Below, one piece after another: positions 60,276-64,000 of a stretch of 64,000 nucleotides of DNA. The notes under the pieces are model-generated. The model did no database searches and was not told the origin of the DNA. It saw only the letters and a program-made list of their open reading frames with translations. Position numbers and translations under genes: made by a program. The first letter of the stretch is position 1; every line of letters starts with the position of its first letter. This stretch comes from Chrysomallon squamiferum (taxonomy: Eukaryota > Animalia > Mollusca): assembly GCA_012295275.1 (NCBI GenBank), contig CM022666.1, positions 14,818,001 to 14,882,000 on the forward strand, given 5' to 3'.

Positions 60276-60779
60276 GGCTTAACAGACACACACACAGATA
60301 CACAAACACGCATACTATTTATGCTGTCTCTCTTTTTCTCTCTCTCTATCTATCTATCTATCTATCTATATATATATATATCTATCTATATATATATATC
60401 TATCTATATATATATATATCTATCTATATATAAATATATATATATATATATATCTTTATATATATTGTGTACTTATACTCAAATACGCACAGATACAAAA
60501 GACATATGTTTGTAACAATATACGAAGGACAAATGGTTCAGTCATCTTTCGTCACCTGACCCCAAACGTCCTCTTCATGGCCACGTGACTCAGCGAAACG
60601 ACGACGTCTCCAGCGTCCTGTAAATGAGATCACATCACTGTGTGACAGAATTAGCCTCATTCACTCATTTCTGGAATCCATTCGTCCATTCATCCGAAAG
60701 TCGGTCTAAGCAACTGTCTCGTCAGACGTCTCAGTAATAACGTAATTTACAACTCCTTCTTCTTCTTCTTCTTCTTCTT

Positions 60780-60811
<32 letters not shown>

Positions 60812-61590
60812 CAGTCACGTAGAATCGAGCCTCACCTCTCAAGGGTCGCTTGTTCAAGCCTCGCTTCCTCATAATTGAACAGCACCATTGTGTGATTACT
60901 GCACTTCTTCACGCCGGCTAGAATTTTACAGCCGCGTTCATCCTCCATTATTCCATGCCCGAATTCCCTTCCATTAGCCCGCGCACCGCAGTCTGTGTTG
61001 ACGACATCTTGCATGCGAGATGCTTGTTTGTTACCGAAATGTAATGCACTGTGGCGGGTACCTGCACATCCAGAATCTGTGACATTTTTTTTTTTTTTTT
61101 TTTTTTTGACAACGTCGAACTTGTGTCTCGCGTCGATGCTCTAAAAGTAAAGCGTTGCCCGGATATGCATTGATGAATTGCATGATAAGGAGTAGTTACT
61201 GGCTCTGGCTTGGCGGGCAGGAGAGTTTTCTAAAGGATTTCGCCCGCTCATTCGTCGTAAATTGGATCCATGCTGACTGAGAGATGGTCGGTCGTACGTT
61301 TCTTCGTGACCTTCTTATCTTCCCGCACAACTCTGACGGACACATCAATTTTACTCGTGTCTTCATTACATTTGTAAGATGTGACTAGAGAATACAGCGA
61401 CATTCCGTCAGCTGTTTATACGGACCCAAACACACACAGTCTGTGCATGCGGTGTGCGTTGTCTGTGTGTGTGTGTGCTTGTGTGTTTGTATGTGTGTGT
61501 TTGTGTGTGTGTACTTGTGTGTGTGTGTGTGTTCTTGTGTGTGTTTGTGTGGGTATGTGTTCTTGTGTTTGTGCTTTTGTGTTTGTAAGT

Positions 61591-61643
<53 letters not shown>

Positions 61644-62142
61644 CGTAGATATGTATGATGTATATCACAAAGATTTATTATTATCATTATCGTCGTTGTT
61701 GTTGTTGTTAATATCATCATCATCATCATCATCATCATCCGTTAAGAAAGTACAAGTATCATGCAAACCAAATTCCATCTCAAAATAAATAATAAAATTA
61801 AGAAGAAAAGTTATCTGTGCCATCTACACAAGCACAACGCGCATTATGATGCTTATCAGTCTGCACCCCCTAGAAATGCCAAACCGCCGCACCAGGGAAC
61901 ATTCCGTAATGACTCTTTATCTTCGCTTCTTGGCGGGGGTGCGTGATGCCATGCTGGAAAAGAAAAAAGCTCAGGAGAACGATAGAGACTCAGCAAGCGG
62001 TCTCAGTCAGGCCATAAAATTTTGATAATTTGCTGTCAGTTTGTGTAATGGTAAGTGAAGACAAGTTATCGCGGTCTGTGACGTCACTGCAGGTGCACTT
62101 ATTTGAACGAAAAAAGTTTAAAGGGAACTATTTATCGTGCTG

Positions 62143-62249
<107 letters not shown>

Positions 62250-62415
62250 AGAATTGTTTGTTCGTAATTTTTAAATCTTATTACAAAGTAATAATTGTTG
62301 AGTAATCTGGAGTTTGCATGCAAGTACCATCTTCAGTGATGAATGTGAGGAGGTAACCTTTCGCTCGATTATTTAATTACGAGAGTTCACCTGGGAAATG
62401 TGAATTTTCAACAGC

Positions 62416-62850
62416 ATGTCTAGTTTAAAATTACAAATGTTTGTAAACATTTAGAAACTGTAAAATTATGTAGCAATAATCTAGACTGAAATTACAGATG
62501 TTTCTAAACACATACGGGAAGAGTATCAATCTGTAGCAATCTGTAGACGTTTCTGAACATGCAAGAGTATCAATCTGTAGCAAGTCTGGTTTGAAATCTG
62601 TAGACGTTTCTGAACTTGTAAGCGTTCTGAAGCAAGTCTAGTTTGAAATCTGTAGACGTTTCTGAACATGCAAGCATTCTGTAGCAAGTCTAGTTTGAAA
62701 TCTGTAGACGTTTCTGAACATGTAAGCATTCTGTAGCAAGTCTAGTCTGAAATCTGGAGACGTTTGTAAACAACATTCGTAAACATGTAAGCATTCTGTA
62801 GCAAGTCTAGTTTGTAATTACAGATGTGAGTAAACATTTCAGACAAGAGT
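62416..62850. repeat. 52-bp minisatellite (CAAGTCTAGTTTGAAATCTGTAGACGTTTCTGAACATGTAAGCATTCTGTAG) with homogeneous centre and diverged flanks
   Basis: CAAGTCT anchor at 62581, 62633, 62685 and 62737 (period 52) and at 62802. Confidence 0.93.
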
Positions 62851-63121
62851 CTCTCGTTGAGTAAAGCGCGGTTCAAAATAATTTACACGTTCGGGCGGCC
62901 ACGTCTTTCATTGAGCGCGTGCCGGTTTACGTAAAACTCGCCGCAGAATGAAACAACACGTCACTGTCGTCTCACCTGAAACAGCAAATACTGGTCGAGT
63001 TTCTGTGAAGTGCAGTTTCAACAATTAGTTGTTTGTTCTAGTGATCCAGAGTGGAGTTGTAACTAGGTTTTTTTATTTTTATTATTTTATTTAATTACGA
63101 TTGTTTTTATTATTATTTATT

Positions 63122-63163
<42 letters not shown>

Positions 63164-63455
63164 GGTTTGTTTGGAGTAGATTACGTTTTTTATTTTTATT
63201 TTTATTTTTATATTTTTGGTCAGTATGGTTATTTTATTACATACGCACATACATACGCACATGCGTATTATAATAGTAATAGTAATAGCTATAGATTTCT
63301 TTATTTCAGTATAGATGGTTAATATAGATAGACAGATAGATATATTTCGACAGATACAAATACACATATATATTATGCATTTGTATTTTGTATTCAATAG
63401 AAGATGGTGATTTTAATACTAAATATTTACTTATTAAATGGTGTTTTTTTCTCTC

Positions 63456-63562
<107 letters not shown>

Positions 63563-63820
63563 TATACTGTGAACTATCGAATATTATCTCTCAAAGTACT
63601 GAAAATATACTACAGTTTATAACAGTTTCAATTTTAAATATGTTGCTATATTGACTGCATTACTAGCTAATATTATTTATCAACTCATATATCACTTTTG
63701 TTTTAACGGTCATACATGATATAAATTTAGATAAATCTAAATATTAGCAGATGATTGTCATGTCTGTGTATATTTATGCGTGCGAATGTGAGTATTATAT
63801 ATATATATATAAAGGCACAC

Positions 63821-63943
<123 letters not shown>

Positions 63944-64000
63944 TACACTTATTATTACCTTAATACATTTGTTATTACTCTCCAGACAGCATTTTTCTTT

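Noticed and set aside
60760-60875. (CTT)n followed by CAG as a possible acceptor for exon 2
   Set aside because: The phase-0 translation SRRIEPHLSRVACSSLASS* stops early and lacks the expected YxxWxC motif.
62416-62850. Regularly spaced repeats as a CRISPR-like array (also 26105-26680, 31090-31350)
   Set aside because: Units are head-to-tail with no unique spacers, there are no cas genes, and the context is eukaryotic.

Overview
AT-rich, extremely microsatellite-dense eukaryotic (metazoan) genomic DNA, by inference an invertebrate and most plausibly a gastropod mollusc (MetaSINE relic, repeat landscape). Only one convincing protein-coding segment was found: the first coding exon (17727-18251, +) of a FAM155/NALF/NLF-1/Mid1-family gene, the auxiliary subunit of the NALCN sodium leak channel. 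It ends at a canonical phase-0 GTAAGT donor. No exon 2 was recognised by eye in the remaining ~45.7 kb, so the rest of the window appears to be one giant intron. A CpG-rich promoter-like region with a YY1-type motif and a uORF-laden 5' leader lies upstream. The non-coding DNA contains a pogo/Tigger4(Zombi)-like MITE relic, a MetaSINE core, a tRNA-like SINE head, a two-copy (CT)n-tailed dispersed repeat, several minisatellites, two striking inverted repeats, and CpG-rich islands carrying CRE and RFX X-box motifs. Almost all other ORFs in the track are translations of simple repeats. No prokaryotic-type system such as CRISPR or operons is present. All homology statements are from recall of family consensus sequences, not database searches.
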